35,466 nucleotides of DNA from a virus (lineage: Duplodnaviria > Caudoviricetes). The translations under genes and the position numbers were made by a program. Location: positions 1 to 35,466 of the IMG/VR virus record IMGVR_UViG_3300044724_007630, one strand, 5' to 3'. Below, piece after piece: positions 19,401 through 27,202 of this stretch. Under the pieces are notes generated by a model. The model ran no database searches and was not told the origin of the DNA. It saw nothing but the letters and a program-made list of their open reading frames with translations. Within the stretch, counting starts at the first letter, position 1, and each line of letters opens with the position of its first letter.

Positions 19401-20296
19401 ATTTGAGCTGTAAAAGGAGCGAAAGCAAGAGCTATTAATTCGGGCATTTCTTGAAGAATTTTTGCTATGGGAGTTAAAAACTTAACTGAAAAGCTTTTTA
19501 TCTTGTTTATGATATCATCAAAAGAAGTAGCAAGTTTTGCAAATTCATTTGCACCTCCCCCTGTAACAGCTAGAACTTTTGAATATTTTTCTTCTACTTG
19601 ACCAAGTACATCTGCAGTTACTGCTTGGCTTCTTTGAAAAGCAGTAAGAGGGCCTTTTATATCTAAATTATCTTTATATTTTTGAGTTGCTTCATCAAGT
19701 CTTAATATAATACCTAATTCATCAAGAAGTTCTGGCTCTGCTTTTGTAACACCACGAACTAATCGATTAAAAGAGTCTGTTAAATCTCTACCAAGAATAG
19801 TAGAAGTTTCTCGGGCCGCTTTACCTAATTTAGTAATTTGATCTGGGGTTAAGCCTGCAGCTGTGCCTATAGCCCCTGCTTGAGCAGCTTCTCTAAATGA
19901 GAGCTGTGCGCCTGTTGCTCTTTGAATATCTTGAGTTAAAGATTTCATAGAAGTACCTACAGATGCAGTATATGCCATTTGCCCTTCTTCTAGTAGCTTT
20001 AGAGAGCCTGCATCCTTTAGGAAGTTAAACGCGGCGGATACAGCAAAGATCTGCGCTGCAAGAGTTGCATAAGCAGGAACAAGACCTCCAGAGATGCCTT
20101 GTGCCATTTTAGAAAAGTTTTTAGTACCATTCGAAGACGCTTGAGCAACACCTTTGGTGTTGCGTTCAGTATCTTTAGCGGTTTTGCCTGTTTTACCTAA
20201 AGCTTTATCTAGCTTATTGGCATCTACTGCCATTCGCTTAACAGTACCTTTATCATCGACTATTACATCAATATATACTTGTCTTTTCTTCGCCAT
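16454..20296 (-). CDS. Tail tape measure protein (1280 aa)
   Basis: Long helical Ala/Leu/Lys/Gln-rich ORF between chaperones and tip. T5-pb2-like LGRDLTDSFNRLVRGVTKAEPELLDELGI motif, hydrophobic segments, and C-terminal YATGG...EAVVPL...QKRPGGIL. Confidence 0.95.
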   Translation of the reverse strand: MAKKRQVYIDVIVDDKGTVKRMAVDANKLDKALGKTGKTAKDTERNTKGVAQASSNGTKNFSKMAQGISGGLVPAYATLAAQIFAVSAAFNFLKDAGSLKLLEEGQMAYTASVGTSMKSLTQDIQRATGAQLSFREAAQAGAIGTAAGLTPDQITKLGKAARETSTILGRDLTDSFNRLVRGVTKAEPELLDELGIILRLDEATQKYKDNLDIKGPLTAFQRSQAVTADVLGQVEEKYSKVLAVTGGGANEFAKLATSFDDIINKIKSFSVKFLTPIAKILQEMPELIALAFAPFTAQIVNAAMPGVGAFQDRLKDFSKTAKTSFEDASKANKEFSDNIKKQKEGLIDPAQLQKEVQAEARTLQQKAKLRNNSIVARIAQGKTVEENELKQLQRSIRQQRGNYRNLNKGQVADLQVTMAKIRQINQTTSTAVSRMWQKTKLNAQVAFKGMEVAAKAAAAGIAKAFVAAGRAITLALSAVSWLSLIATLGTLVYSFFKTKDAAAETADSFDYMADKITNLLGETEEFIQVQNILNDSHDLGNRYLEAYGKKLGNISTSYLGSVIQLKQLTTLQDEYNNYIQEQSDLTLELADKLDVAQLAIKESQQGYGGAEAAALNAATAGKTYGDTLEKLIASSVNAGKSFSDFIDQQDVGTSKLSDAVKVLFDEKKIIDESTNARFKNNAAVQAYLQLLTQLEKGQDVSIKDIFEQRDAIQSLSANISELTRLQQENARTAQQLYTKLLPLNEYDTFLDKLSQEQFLIETTAKANGEKTEAEEKRLKVIKELMTFYQSLAEIETLSNSASVALDRTAFNLSKGKTKLIKDEIKDKVAIGKNEIKIFKTEQSILRAQKLAAKDRAAALQLIEKGNELEKTRGQEMLKTVDARGREIMLQTQNLQLLRDQTEEMRNQLSVSQQMKEVAMQSLENNLKSGLAALIKGTESSFKDSLLKLAKGVLDSVADFLAESMTKRIMKAITGAKDPDEKMAAAILTSTTTGASTISTGIVAGATQGANIIAARIIAASGGTATTPSGSTIPPGTGTPPTVPSGGPTTPLTPLSSGGEPRKGFWEMLLGTKQGGRTLNQEGNDVIVGNTQDRGVRTGGMFSNFISDFADVFDKNADGGFLEKMGNVFGSFGEGLSSLFKGLPDLLGSLFGGAGGGGGFLSALLNIFAPARYGGIMKGYATGGIARGRNAGYPAILHGTEAVVPLPSGGKIPVEMKSGGAANTNNVSISVNMSNDGNAETESQSDDQRGGELGKLLAQAVQDELQKQKRPGGILSPFGAA

Positions 20297-20730
20297 TATC
20301 CTGTAACCGTATGGGCATTACTGCCGCTTTTAGACCTTCTTTCAGCCTCTTTTCTCTTTTTAGTTGCTTCTTCGGCTCGATATTCTATAAGTATAGACTC
20401 ATATAACTTTGCAAAGTATACTGTAGTTTTTATATCCTCAATTTCATAAGTAGAGAATATAAAGTTCGCAGAAGACCAGTCTTTTCCCATATAGTATCCG
20501 GACATGCTGTCCCATCTATCGGGAAGTAGTCCGAACACAAAAAATGCCACCTGCACTTCTTCAGGAAAACTAGAAGTGTCGAGTGGCATCTTTTCGGGAT
20601 CTGGTTCTTGACCAAGCTGTTCACACAGCCTCAAATAGGTTTCTATGTCTACATTGGATGTAGTTTCTTTTACACTGCGCCTTATAAGAGAGTTTATTCT
20701 CTCTACTTGCGCCCAGTAAAATTTTCTAAG
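20296..20730 (-). CDS. Tail assembly chaperone, frameshift extension (T part of G-T)
   Basis: Frame is open from 20730 to the stop at 20296, overlaps the end of G in the -1 frame, and has no convincing SD/ATG of its own. Confidence 0.85.
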   Translation of the reverse strand, partial: LRKFYWAQVERINSLIRRSVKETTSNVDIETYLRLCEQLGQEPDPEKMPLDTSSFPEEVQVAFFVFGLLPDRWDSMSGYYMGKDWSSANFIFSTYEIEDIKTTVYFAKLYESILIEYRAEEATKKRKEAERRSKSGSNAHTVTG

Positions 20731-21125
20731 TCACCTACTGTTTCTGTTACCCAAGTATCGAAAGAGCTTGCGTTTTTCATCAACAACTCTGCGTTTTCTT
20801 GTGTAAAGGGCAGTTCATCGTCTGGATCAAGATCTCCTGTATCTACCAAAAGAAGCTCTTCTAGGTATCGATACTTCAGGCCTTTCCATCCTTTAATTAC
20901 TGCTTTTGTATATTCATTTAAAAACTTCTCATCATCAAGGTCTTCTTCAGGCTGATGAGTTCTCTTATTAAACTTAGTGGTAACACACCTTTTTCTTAGT
21001 TTTACAAGTTCTTCTCTAGCTAAGTAGCAAAGATCTATAGTCATGCCTGTGTATCCAGGAAAGTCAATAGTAACAGTTTTACTAGCAGTCATAAGACTGG
21101 CTAGGGAAATAGGGGTATCGCTCAT
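20703..21125 (-). CDS. Tail assembly chaperone G
   Basis: Acidic 140-aa ORF between tube and tape measure genes; IKGWKGL...F..WV.....DLENF motif. Confidence 0.88.
   Translation of the reverse strand: MSDTPISLASLMTASKTVTIDFPGYTGMTIDLCYLAREELVKLRKRCVTTKFNKRTHQPEEDLDDEKFLNEYTKAVIKGWKGLKYRYLEELLLVDTGDLDPDDELPFTQENAELLMKNASSFDTWVTETVGDLENFTGRK
20718..20724 (-). other. -1 programmed ribosomal frameshift heptamer A AAT TTT
   Basis: X XXY YYZ heptamer in the G frame (..GAA AAT TTT ACT..); a -1 slip continues YWAQVERINSLIRRSVKE... Confidence 0.85.
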
Positions 21126-21170
21126 TTATGAATCCTTTAAAAAATTAAAATAGTAAGTTTTATACCGTAT

Positions 21171-21217
21171 AGTATATAGGAAGGGAGGAGGTTTGTCAAG
21201 AATTATTTTTTGGAGGT
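21171..21217 (-). promoter_or_regulatory. sigma70-type promoter for chaperone/tape measure/tip genes
   Basis: TTGACA (21199-21194), 17 bp, TATACT (21176-21171), upstream A-tract and ACCT (21217-21214). Confidence 0.88.
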
Positions 21218-21221
21218 GAAG

Positions 21222-21243
21222 AAAAAAGGGGCCGAAGCCCCTT
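21222..21243 (-). terminator. Intrinsic terminator after the tail tube gene
   Basis: AAGGGGC-TTCG-GCCCCTT hairpin (cUUCGg loop) running into a T-tract. Confidence 0.9.
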
Positions 21244-21251
21244 AAGTTCTT

Positions 21252-22376
21252 TTAAGCACCTACATATTTGATGGTTGCTTCGTTTGTCAAAGATATACCA
21301 GAAGGTAATCCATGGAAACTTGTCTCTAAAGAGATAACATCTTCGATACCGTGAGCGGGCACTTCGAAGTGCGCTGTTGGCATTGCAAACTCTACTCGAG
21401 GAGCTGCAGTACCACCGATCTTGAAAGTGGTAGCAAATGAGTTTGTAATCTTTGCTGCCGCCGCAGTTGCTGTCATGTCATTAAAGAAGTCCGTAGACGT
21501 TCCCGTATTCGTATTAGAGTCAAGACCCAGATAACAAGCAAAGTTACCAGTAACTGATCTTGCTCCAGTTACGTGACCCGTAGGAGAGTTTACCTGACCT
21601 AACGTTTCAGGAGTAATATAGCTGATATTATTCGAAACTGTAATTGATCCGCCAGTCAATGTAAGGGTATAAGTACCACCACCACTTCCTGGAAAAGTTG
21701 TGGTATCGTTTGCTGTAACTACAAGCTGAGTCAATCGATTACGAATAAAGTTATCTGTTGCTGTAATATCTTCAGTTACAGTGGCTGTTGGAGCGCTATC
21801 AGAAGTAAGTGTAGAAGCAAATCCCGACCAATTAATAGTTGCTAGACCATCAATATCGAAGTCAATAGATGCTTCATTTACAACAGCACTAGCACACTTG
21901 TATACCTGAGGATTAGACTTACCTGATCCTAGAACAAAGAAAATATCTGCGGTTCCTAAAGTAGCTTTATTAGAAGAGCCAAAAGCAATATCAAGATCCG
22001 TTGTATCTGCTGTAAACCCTGTAAAACTATAATCAGTATAAGTTGCGGGTCCTACCATTAAAGCCCAAAGAACTTCTTCAACAGCATGATGACTGTTTGC
22101 AGTATCATCTGCTGCACCGGATCCCGTTCCTGCTGATTTAAAAGGACGCATGTAAGTAGAGAAAGACCATTCCACAGGAGCAAGAGAGTCGTTAAATAAC
22201 GCCCGTCCTCGCTTACTGTTACCACTAGTATCCTCCATTTCTGCCAGAGTTACCTCTGTTGAGTTTGTTGCTTGCGAAAAGCTGAATCCATCAAGTACGG
22301 GGACTTCCCAAACTGCGGACCCAATTTTGATGAACACTTTTGTGTCGCGACTAAAATATAAAGTATCGACTGCCAT
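21252..22376 (-). CDS. Major tail tube protein, T5 pb6-like (no C-terminal Ig domain)
   Basis: RDTKVF...VLDGFSFSQ...FNDSLAPVEWSFSTYMRP, VNEASIDFDIDGLATI.WSG, NNISYITPETL, TGARSVTG motifs. Confidence 0.9.
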   Translation of the reverse strand: MAVDTLYFSRDTKVFIKIGSAVWEVPVLDGFSFSQATNSTEVTLAEMEDTSGNSKRGRALFNDSLAPVEWSFSTYMRPFKSAGTGSGAADDTANSHHAVEEVLWALMVGPATYTDYSFTGFTADTTDLDIAFGSSNKATLGTADIFFVLGSGKSNPQVYKCASAVVNEASIDFDIDGLATINWSGFASTLTSDSAPTATVTEDITATDNFIRNRLTQLVVTANDTTTFPGSGGGTYTLTLTGGSITVSNNISYITPETLGQVNSPTGHVTGARSVTGNFACYLGLDSNTNTGTSTDFFNDMTATAAAAKITNSFATTFKIGGTAAPRVEFAMPTAHFEVPAHGIEDVISLETSFHGLPSGISLTNEATIKYVGA

Positions 22377-22437
22377 AGTTTTCTCCTATGTATCTTGAAA
22401 AGACTTGGACGTGAACATTTGTTCTTGCCAGAATTTT

Positions 22438-22890
22438 CTAGTATTGAACCTCTATTAGTATTTCTCCTACACCTAGAGGTTCGAGTACGCCTTCATCAGT
22501 ATTTATACTGACGACGGTAATTTGATTAGTAGCAAACAGATTATTTTGAGCATCACTATATTGTAATCGTGAATTTTCCTCTATAACTGTTTCTACATCT
22601 TCCATTAGTAAGTTTAATGCTTCTTGAGCATCCTCTTCTTGCACATAACATCTAATAGTAATAGACAAAAATCTATCTTTATATCCTGCTCCTTGATATT
22701 GTCTGCTCTCAGTGCCAGCATTCAAATGAATTGCAGGAAACTCCTCTACTTCATCCCAAAATTTTAAATAAGGATGAACATTATTAGCTAGATCTGATAA
22801 CATTGCACCAGAGCCGTCTATGGTTTTTAACTTTTCAACTAGAGCATTAAGTATATTTGCTCTTCGAGACGTGTAAACTCTTTCTGTCAT
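22438..22890 (-). CDS. Tail terminator protein (T5 p142-like)
   Basis: Position before the tube gene; FWDEVEEFP, ESRQY and SINTDEGVLEP.G.GE motifs. Confidence 0.85.
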   Translation of the reverse strand: MTERVYTSRRANILNALVEKLKTIDGSGAMLSDLANNVHPYLKFWDEVEEFPAIHLNAGTESRQYQGAGYKDRFLSITIRCYVQEEDAQEALNLLMEDVETVIEENSRLQYSDAQNNLFATNQITVVSINTDEGVLEPLGVGEILIEVQY

Positions 22891-24236
22891 TAAAGTCTCC
22901 TAGTATAAAGTTTAGTAGTTACCATTTGTGCTGCTATCTCTCTAATTGATTGATCTATCAGCGTTCTTGGATCTCTTTCAATGCTTGAAAATCTAGATCC
23001 ACTAGACTTCTCAAAAACTTGATAAGGATCTCTTTGGTAAGTATATCCTACACTTATAAATCCTTTTTTAGTCTTTTGTACATCTAAAGCTCTAACACTA
23101 GACGCGAATCTTCCAGTTCTATTCTCTAATGCAGGAGAGCCCATATTTGCAGATACCGTTTTACTAAGCTGCGAATTTAATAGAGCAAGTAAACTAATTG
23201 TTGATCCTGCTCTACTTTCTTTAGTATCAAACACTACTTTTGGAGCTTTAGTATTATCTTTAAACTGCTTTCCCTTTCCAGCTTTTACTTTCCTTTGCGT
23301 AGATTCAGAGCTTTTTTTATTATTTATTTTTTTCTTTTTTATGTTATTTCTTACGTTCTTTCTTCCCTTTCCAACATCTGCAAACTTGTTAAGGGTTCTG
23401 TCTATTCTTGTCTCGACTGGTGTAGGAGAACTTGATAAGTTTTCCATGCCCATTTTTTCAACAATTTTTCCTAGCGTATCACTAAGTTTAGGAGCTAATT
23501 TTGCTTCTACCTCTCTTCCATATTTTTTATTAAAAAAGGCGCTTTCTAAAGTTACGCTAATTACGTCAATAGGACTTCCTGGATCCTTTGTAATATTTAG
23601 ATCAAGCTCATCTCGTAATGCTTTAATAAAAGGAGCTACATCTTTAGAGCCTTTTTGTCCAAAATTAAAAAGAGCATTTTCAACTGCTCTTTTTCTTTGC
23701 ATCGATACCGCTGTATCACTAAAGTGGCCTACATTTAAAAATTCTGAAGACCTTATTTCTTCTACTTTATTCGTTCTGCTATTGTTCAGTTTTTTAATTT
23801 GAGCGTTTAACTTTTTTATAAGCTGTCTTTGAGCATTCTGTTTAATCGTACGGAAATGATTGAATACTTTTCTTGCTCCTTTTCCTTCTTTTGTTGCAAG
23901 CATAACTTCAAAGTAACTACTATTCGCTTTATAGTCCGAAGTAAAATAAACTCTTCTAGTGTTTGCATTATAATTTATAGGGTTTAGTCTATCCTTTAAA
24001 TACTCATACATTGCATCACACTCTGCATCTACAATTTTTTCAATACTTTCCGGTAACTCTGCAAAGCCCCCTCTTCTATTTATTAATTCGTATTTTACTT
24101 GCTCTTTTAATTCTTTTCGTGTTAAACGAATAAAATGTACTTTTTTATCAGAAACTAGTAATCTATACTCTTCTGCATTTCTATAAAGATCTTGCTGCAG
24201 TTTTAGTAAGACCTTTTGTAAGTTTGCCTGTGCCAT
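22890..24236 (-). CDS. Tail completion/neck protein (T5 p143-like), extended and basic
   Basis: C-terminal MG.PALENRTGRFASSV...YTYQ..PYQVFE....RDPR.LI..SIREIA motif and synteny. Confidence 0.75.
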   Translation of the reverse strand: MAQANLQKVLLKLQQDLYRNAEEYRLLVSDKKVHFIRLTRKELKEQVKYELINRRGGFAELPESIEKIVDAECDAMYEYLKDRLNPINYNANTRRVYFTSDYKANSSYFEVMLATKEGKGARKVFNHFRTIKQNAQRQLIKKLNAQIKKLNNSRTNKVEEIRSSEFLNVGHFSDTAVSMQRKRAVENALFNFGQKGSKDVAPFIKALRDELDLNITKDPGSPIDVISVTLESAFFNKKYGREVEAKLAPKLSDTLGKIVEKMGMENLSSSPTPVETRIDRTLNKFADVGKGRKNVRNNIKKKKINNKKSSESTQRKVKAGKGKQFKDNTKAPKVVFDTKESRAGSTISLLALLNSQLSKTVSANMGSPALENRTGRFASSVRALDVQKTKKGFISVGYTYQRDPYQVFEKSSGSRFSSIERDPRTLIDQSIREIAAQMVTTKLYTRRL

Positions 24237-24824
24237 TTAAAAGTTCTTATACAAGTCTAAGACTCGCTTAATGTGGTCAGGAAACGCTACATTATCTCGT
24301 TGGCTACTAGATGTTTGGTTTTGTATAGTAGCTCCGCCTAAAGTTCTACGCTCTTTATGCTCATCTTTTAAGTAGTAAGTAATTAAATCAATTACTGCTA
24401 GTTTTAAGTCATCAGGACAAGAAGCATAACCTGCCCTGTAAACTACTTCTACAGATGCGGGTCCGTGTGGCCAAAAACTATAGCCACCTGAATTAGTTCT
24501 TAAAATACTATCAGTACTATAATCAAAGTAATACTGATAATCTGTAGTAGTAAGTGTTTCATAAGCAGAGTCATATGAAGATCTTTCTTTTACGCTTACA
24601 ATAGTATTAACGGGTGTTTCTGTTAATTGTACTGCGTAAGTATTCCAAGTAATATTAAATGTCTCTGTTTTATCTGTAGAGTAGAAATCTACTAAACTAT
24701 TACCACAATAGGTTTTTACTAATTGACTCACGGACGGAATCAATGAATTCAATCGCAAATCCTCTTTAGGAGATGCAATTCCTTCTGACTCTTTATACTC
24801 CGCTAATGTAATTAAATTTGCCAT
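24237..24824 (-). CDS. Head completion / head-tail adaptor (T5 p144, gp6-like)
   Basis: LIT..EYK...VKTYC, V.Y.AGY...P.DLKLA..DLI.YY, FPDHIKRVLDLY; immediately after the capsid gene. Confidence 0.88.
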   Translation of the reverse strand: MANLITLAEYKESEGIASPKEDLRLNSLIPSVSQLVKTYCGNSLVDFYSTDKTETFNITWNTYAVQLTETPVNTIVSVKERSSYDSAYETLTTTDYQYYFDYSTDSILRTNSGGYSFWPHGPASVEVVYRAGYASCPDDLKLAVIDLITYYLKDEHKERRTLGGATIQNQTSSSQRDNVAFPDHIKRVLDLYKNF

Positions 24825-24835
24825 AAGTCCATTAA

Positions 24836-24870
24836 TAAAAACCTTGGGGAAGGTTGCCCTTCCCCTTGGT
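24836..24870 (-). terminator. Intrinsic terminator after the capsid gene
   Basis: GGGGAAGG-GCAA-CCTTCCCC hairpin (GNRA loop) followed by AAGGTTTTT. Confidence 0.85.
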
Positions 24871-24882
24871 TGCTAGCTATTA

Positions 24883-26280
24883 TTAAGCTACTGAATCGAT
24901 CTTGATACAAGGCTGATCTGAGCCTGCACCTGCGACGATTTCGTTGAAGCCCAAAGATTGGGTAGCAACGATTACACGACGCTGATTCATTACTTCGTAA
25001 TCCTGCTCGACGGTTACACCGCGGAGTCGTGGGAGTACGTAGTTTCGTGGGTATACTGCAAAAGCTACAGGTACGCCAGCACCTTCGGCTGCAAACTCTT
25101 CAGAAACCACAACAGGTGATCCGAAGACTGCTCCGATAGTACCAGTTACCTTGATAGCAAGTTCAGTACCTACTTCATCAAGGCTCTGGAAAGCAGAGTC
25201 ACTTAACAAGTCATAGTACATGGCTTGGCTTACAATGTAAACAACTTCTGAAGGATTCAGGCCGTACTTGCCCATTTCCTTACGTGCTGCAAGAAGCTGA
25301 GCGCCAGTCATGGTAGAGAAGTTGCCTGTACCTAATGAAGCACCATCGATATCGTGCTTAGCAGTTGCTGCTGCACCGTGTCCGTCAAGGCCAGAAATAG
25401 TACCGTTACCATTAAGGATAGCGGCTTCTACTGCACGACCGTGTGCACGTGCAACACCTTCAACCAACATAGGCATCAAGTTAACAAGTACTTGCTCGTC
25501 AACTTCGTTATCCATGAACGTGCTTGAGATCAAGCGATAAGCGTTCAAGATAACTTGCTTAGGCTGGTAAGTAGCGTTTGATGCGCCACGGTTTTCCAAG
25601 TTGCCACCAGTAGCATTAGTTGCCCAAGCTGCGGGATCAACATCTACCTGGATAGGAAGAACTGTGGACTTACCGTTTACAGGAATTTCACGGAACATAC
25701 GAGCGACTTTCAATTCGTTCATAATTTCCTTCTCGATCAAACGAGATACTTCCTGATCGATATCTGCAGCATTGCTTGCATAATCGATACCTGCCTTCTC
25801 TTGGATATCGCTAGCGAAATCCGTATTCCAACCTTTCTGAGTCATAACACCCAACATGTGAGCATTTAAGAAATCCTGACCCCACTTAGTGATATCAGAT
25901 TTTTCAGCACGGTCAGCGAATACTCGCTTAGACTCACGCATCTTTTGAATTTCTTCAGACTTCTCTTCGAGGTCTTTCTTATATTGAGCAAGAATTTCAC
26001 CCATATCTGCTTCTCGAGCAGAAAGCTTTTCTTGCATGTCGCTGAGAAGTTTTTCAGCACCTGATTCAACACCAGTTTGAATAGCTGATTTTACTTCTTC
26101 TTCTTGCTGTGCTTTAGCAGTTGCTTCAGCAGTAGCTTTTTCTTCAGCTTCTTGTGCAGCTTTTACTTCAGCTGCTTTTTGCTCGGCTTGCTTCATTGCA
26201 ATCTTTGCAGCAGTTTCCTCTGCTACCTTCTTAGCAAAAGCTTCCAAGTCGACTTCGGGAGTTTGTGTTCCTTCCGACAT
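24883..26280 (-). CDS. Major capsid precursor (465 aa) from an internal in-frame start
   Basis: AAGGAG-ACAAAA-ATG at Met202 of the fusion, at the start of the scaffold region; size matches T5-type capsid precursors. Confidence 0.75.
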   Translation of the reverse strand: MSEGTQTPEVDLEAFAKKVAEETAAKIAMKQAEQKAAEVKAAQEAEEKATAEATAKAQQEEEVKSAIQTGVESGAEKLLSDMQEKLSAREADMGEILAQYKKDLEEKSEEIQKMRESKRVFADRAEKSDITKWGQDFLNAHMLGVMTQKGWNTDFASDIQEKAGIDYASNAADIDQEVSRLIEKEIMNELKVARMFREIPVNGKSTVLPIQVDVDPAAWATNATGGNLENRGASNATYQPKQVILNAYRLISSTFMDNEVDEQVLVNLMPMLVEGVARAHGRAVEAAILNGNGTISGLDGHGAAATAKHDIDGASLGTGNFSTMTGAQLLAARKEMGKYGLNPSEVVYIVSQAMYYDLLSDSAFQSLDEVGTELAIKVTGTIGAVFGSPVVVSEEFAAEGAGVPVAFAVYPRNYVLPRLRGVTVEQDYEVMNQRRVIVATQSLGFNEIVAGAGSDQPCIKIDSVA

Positions 26281-26883
26281 TTTTGTCTCCTTTTGGGCAA
26301 TAGCCCCATCCGGTGCGTCACTAGCTAGTAATGATTTTTCATCCTTAGCCAGAGACGGCTCGGCTAGTTCGACACTATTTATGAAAGTTTTTTTGAACTC
26401 TTCGTACTCATCAATTGAGTCAAAAGATTTCGCCAGAGAGAAAGTTGCTGCTTGATTGCAAGGAACGGATACAACCGATACTTCAAACAACTCAGCGTCC
26501 TTAATCTTTAGTCCGTCAGTTTCCGTGATATAATCAGCATCCTTGACTCGGAAACCAACAGAAAAAGCCCCAAGGATACCTTCTTTAACTAGTTCACAAA
26601 CATTAGCTGGTGCGGACTTGCTAATCTTTGCTTCTAACTCCAGGCCATTCTCTGTTACTTTAAGGCCTGTAGCTCGACCGATTGGTCGATCATAGTCGTG
26701 ATTAAAAAGAATAATAGGATTCTTTTCAAAATTCTTTAGTCCGCCTTTTGCCCATGCTTCACCAGAGATAGAATCTCCTGCACGATCAAAATCGGATGTA
26801 CTTGCCATACCGCGAATCATTACACTTCCATCTTCAGAAGCATGTGATTTAAAAGTAGACGTTAGATTAAATATTTTTTCCAT
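24883..26883 (-). CDS. Prohead protease-major capsid protein fusion (HK97 fold)
   Basis: N-terminal HK97-type protease (IRGMAST...DRAGD, ILFNHD..RPIG, AFSVGF, LFEVSVVSVPCN), coiled-coil scaffold, then capsid domain; no intervening stop. Confidence 0.93.
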   Translation of the reverse strand: MEKIFNLTSTFKSHASEDGSVMIRGMASTSDFDRAGDSISGEAWAKGGLKNFEKNPIILFNHDYDRPIGRATGLKVTENGLELEAKISKSAPANVCELVKEGILGAFSVGFRVKDADYITETDGLKIKDAELFEVSVVSVPCNQAATFSLAKSFDSIDEYEEFKKTFINSVELAEPSLAKDEKSLLASDAPDGAIAQKETKMSEGTQTPEVDLEAFAKKVAEETAAKIAMKQAEQKAAEVKAAQEAEEKATAEATAKAQQEEEVKSAIQTGVESGAEKLLSDMQEKLSAREADMGEILAQYKKDLEEKSEEIQKMRESKRVFADRAEKSDITKWGQDFLNAHMLGVMTQKGWNTDFASDIQEKAGIDYASNAADIDQEVSRLIEKEIMNELKVARMFREIPVNGKSTVLPIQVDVDPAAWATNATGGNLENRGASNATYQPKQVILNAYRLISSTFMDNEVDEQVLVNLMPMLVEGVARAHGRAVEAAILNGNGTISGLDGHGAAATAKHDIDGASLGTGNFSTMTGAQLLAARKEMGKYGLNPSEVVYIVSQAMYYDLLSDSAFQSLDEVGTELAIKVTGTIGAVFGSPVVVSEEFAAEGAGVPVAFAVYPRNYVLPRLRGVTVEQDYEVMNQRRVIVATQSLGFNEIVAGAGSDQPCIKIDSVA

Positions 26884-26884
26884 A

Positions 26885-27202
26885 TTAGTTCTCGTCTTTG
26901 CTCATTACTGCTGGAGCAGGCTTTGGCTTGGGAGCAGCTTTAGGAGCAGGCTTTGGCTTGGGCTTTGGAGGAGGCGGAGGATTCTCTGCCTTCTTAATCT
27001 CTGCCCATACTTCTGGAAAACTTCCTTCAAGAGTTTGAAGTAATCGAGTCCAGCTACCAAAATGGTTTAGGGCCATACCTGAACGAATAGGAACTTCGTT
27101 TCCGCATTGATCGTAATCATGCTTTTCAAGAACTTTTCCTTTTTCAAGCATAAACATACCAATTTTTTCTAAAACTTGGTTTCTTACTCGTAATCTAGCC
27201 AT
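26885..27202 (-). CDS. Putative head decoration protein (T5 pb10 position) with Pro/Lys/Ala-rich tail
   Basis: Lies between portal and protease; small helical domain followed by PPPPPKPKPKPAPKAAPKPKPAPA. Assignment rests mainly on synteny. Confidence 0.5.
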   Translation of the reverse strand: MARLRVRNQVLEKIGMFMLEKGKVLEKHDYDQCGNEVPIRSGMALNHFGSWTRLLQTLEGSFPEVWAEIKKAENPPPPPKPKPKPAPKAAPKPKPAPAVMSKDEN

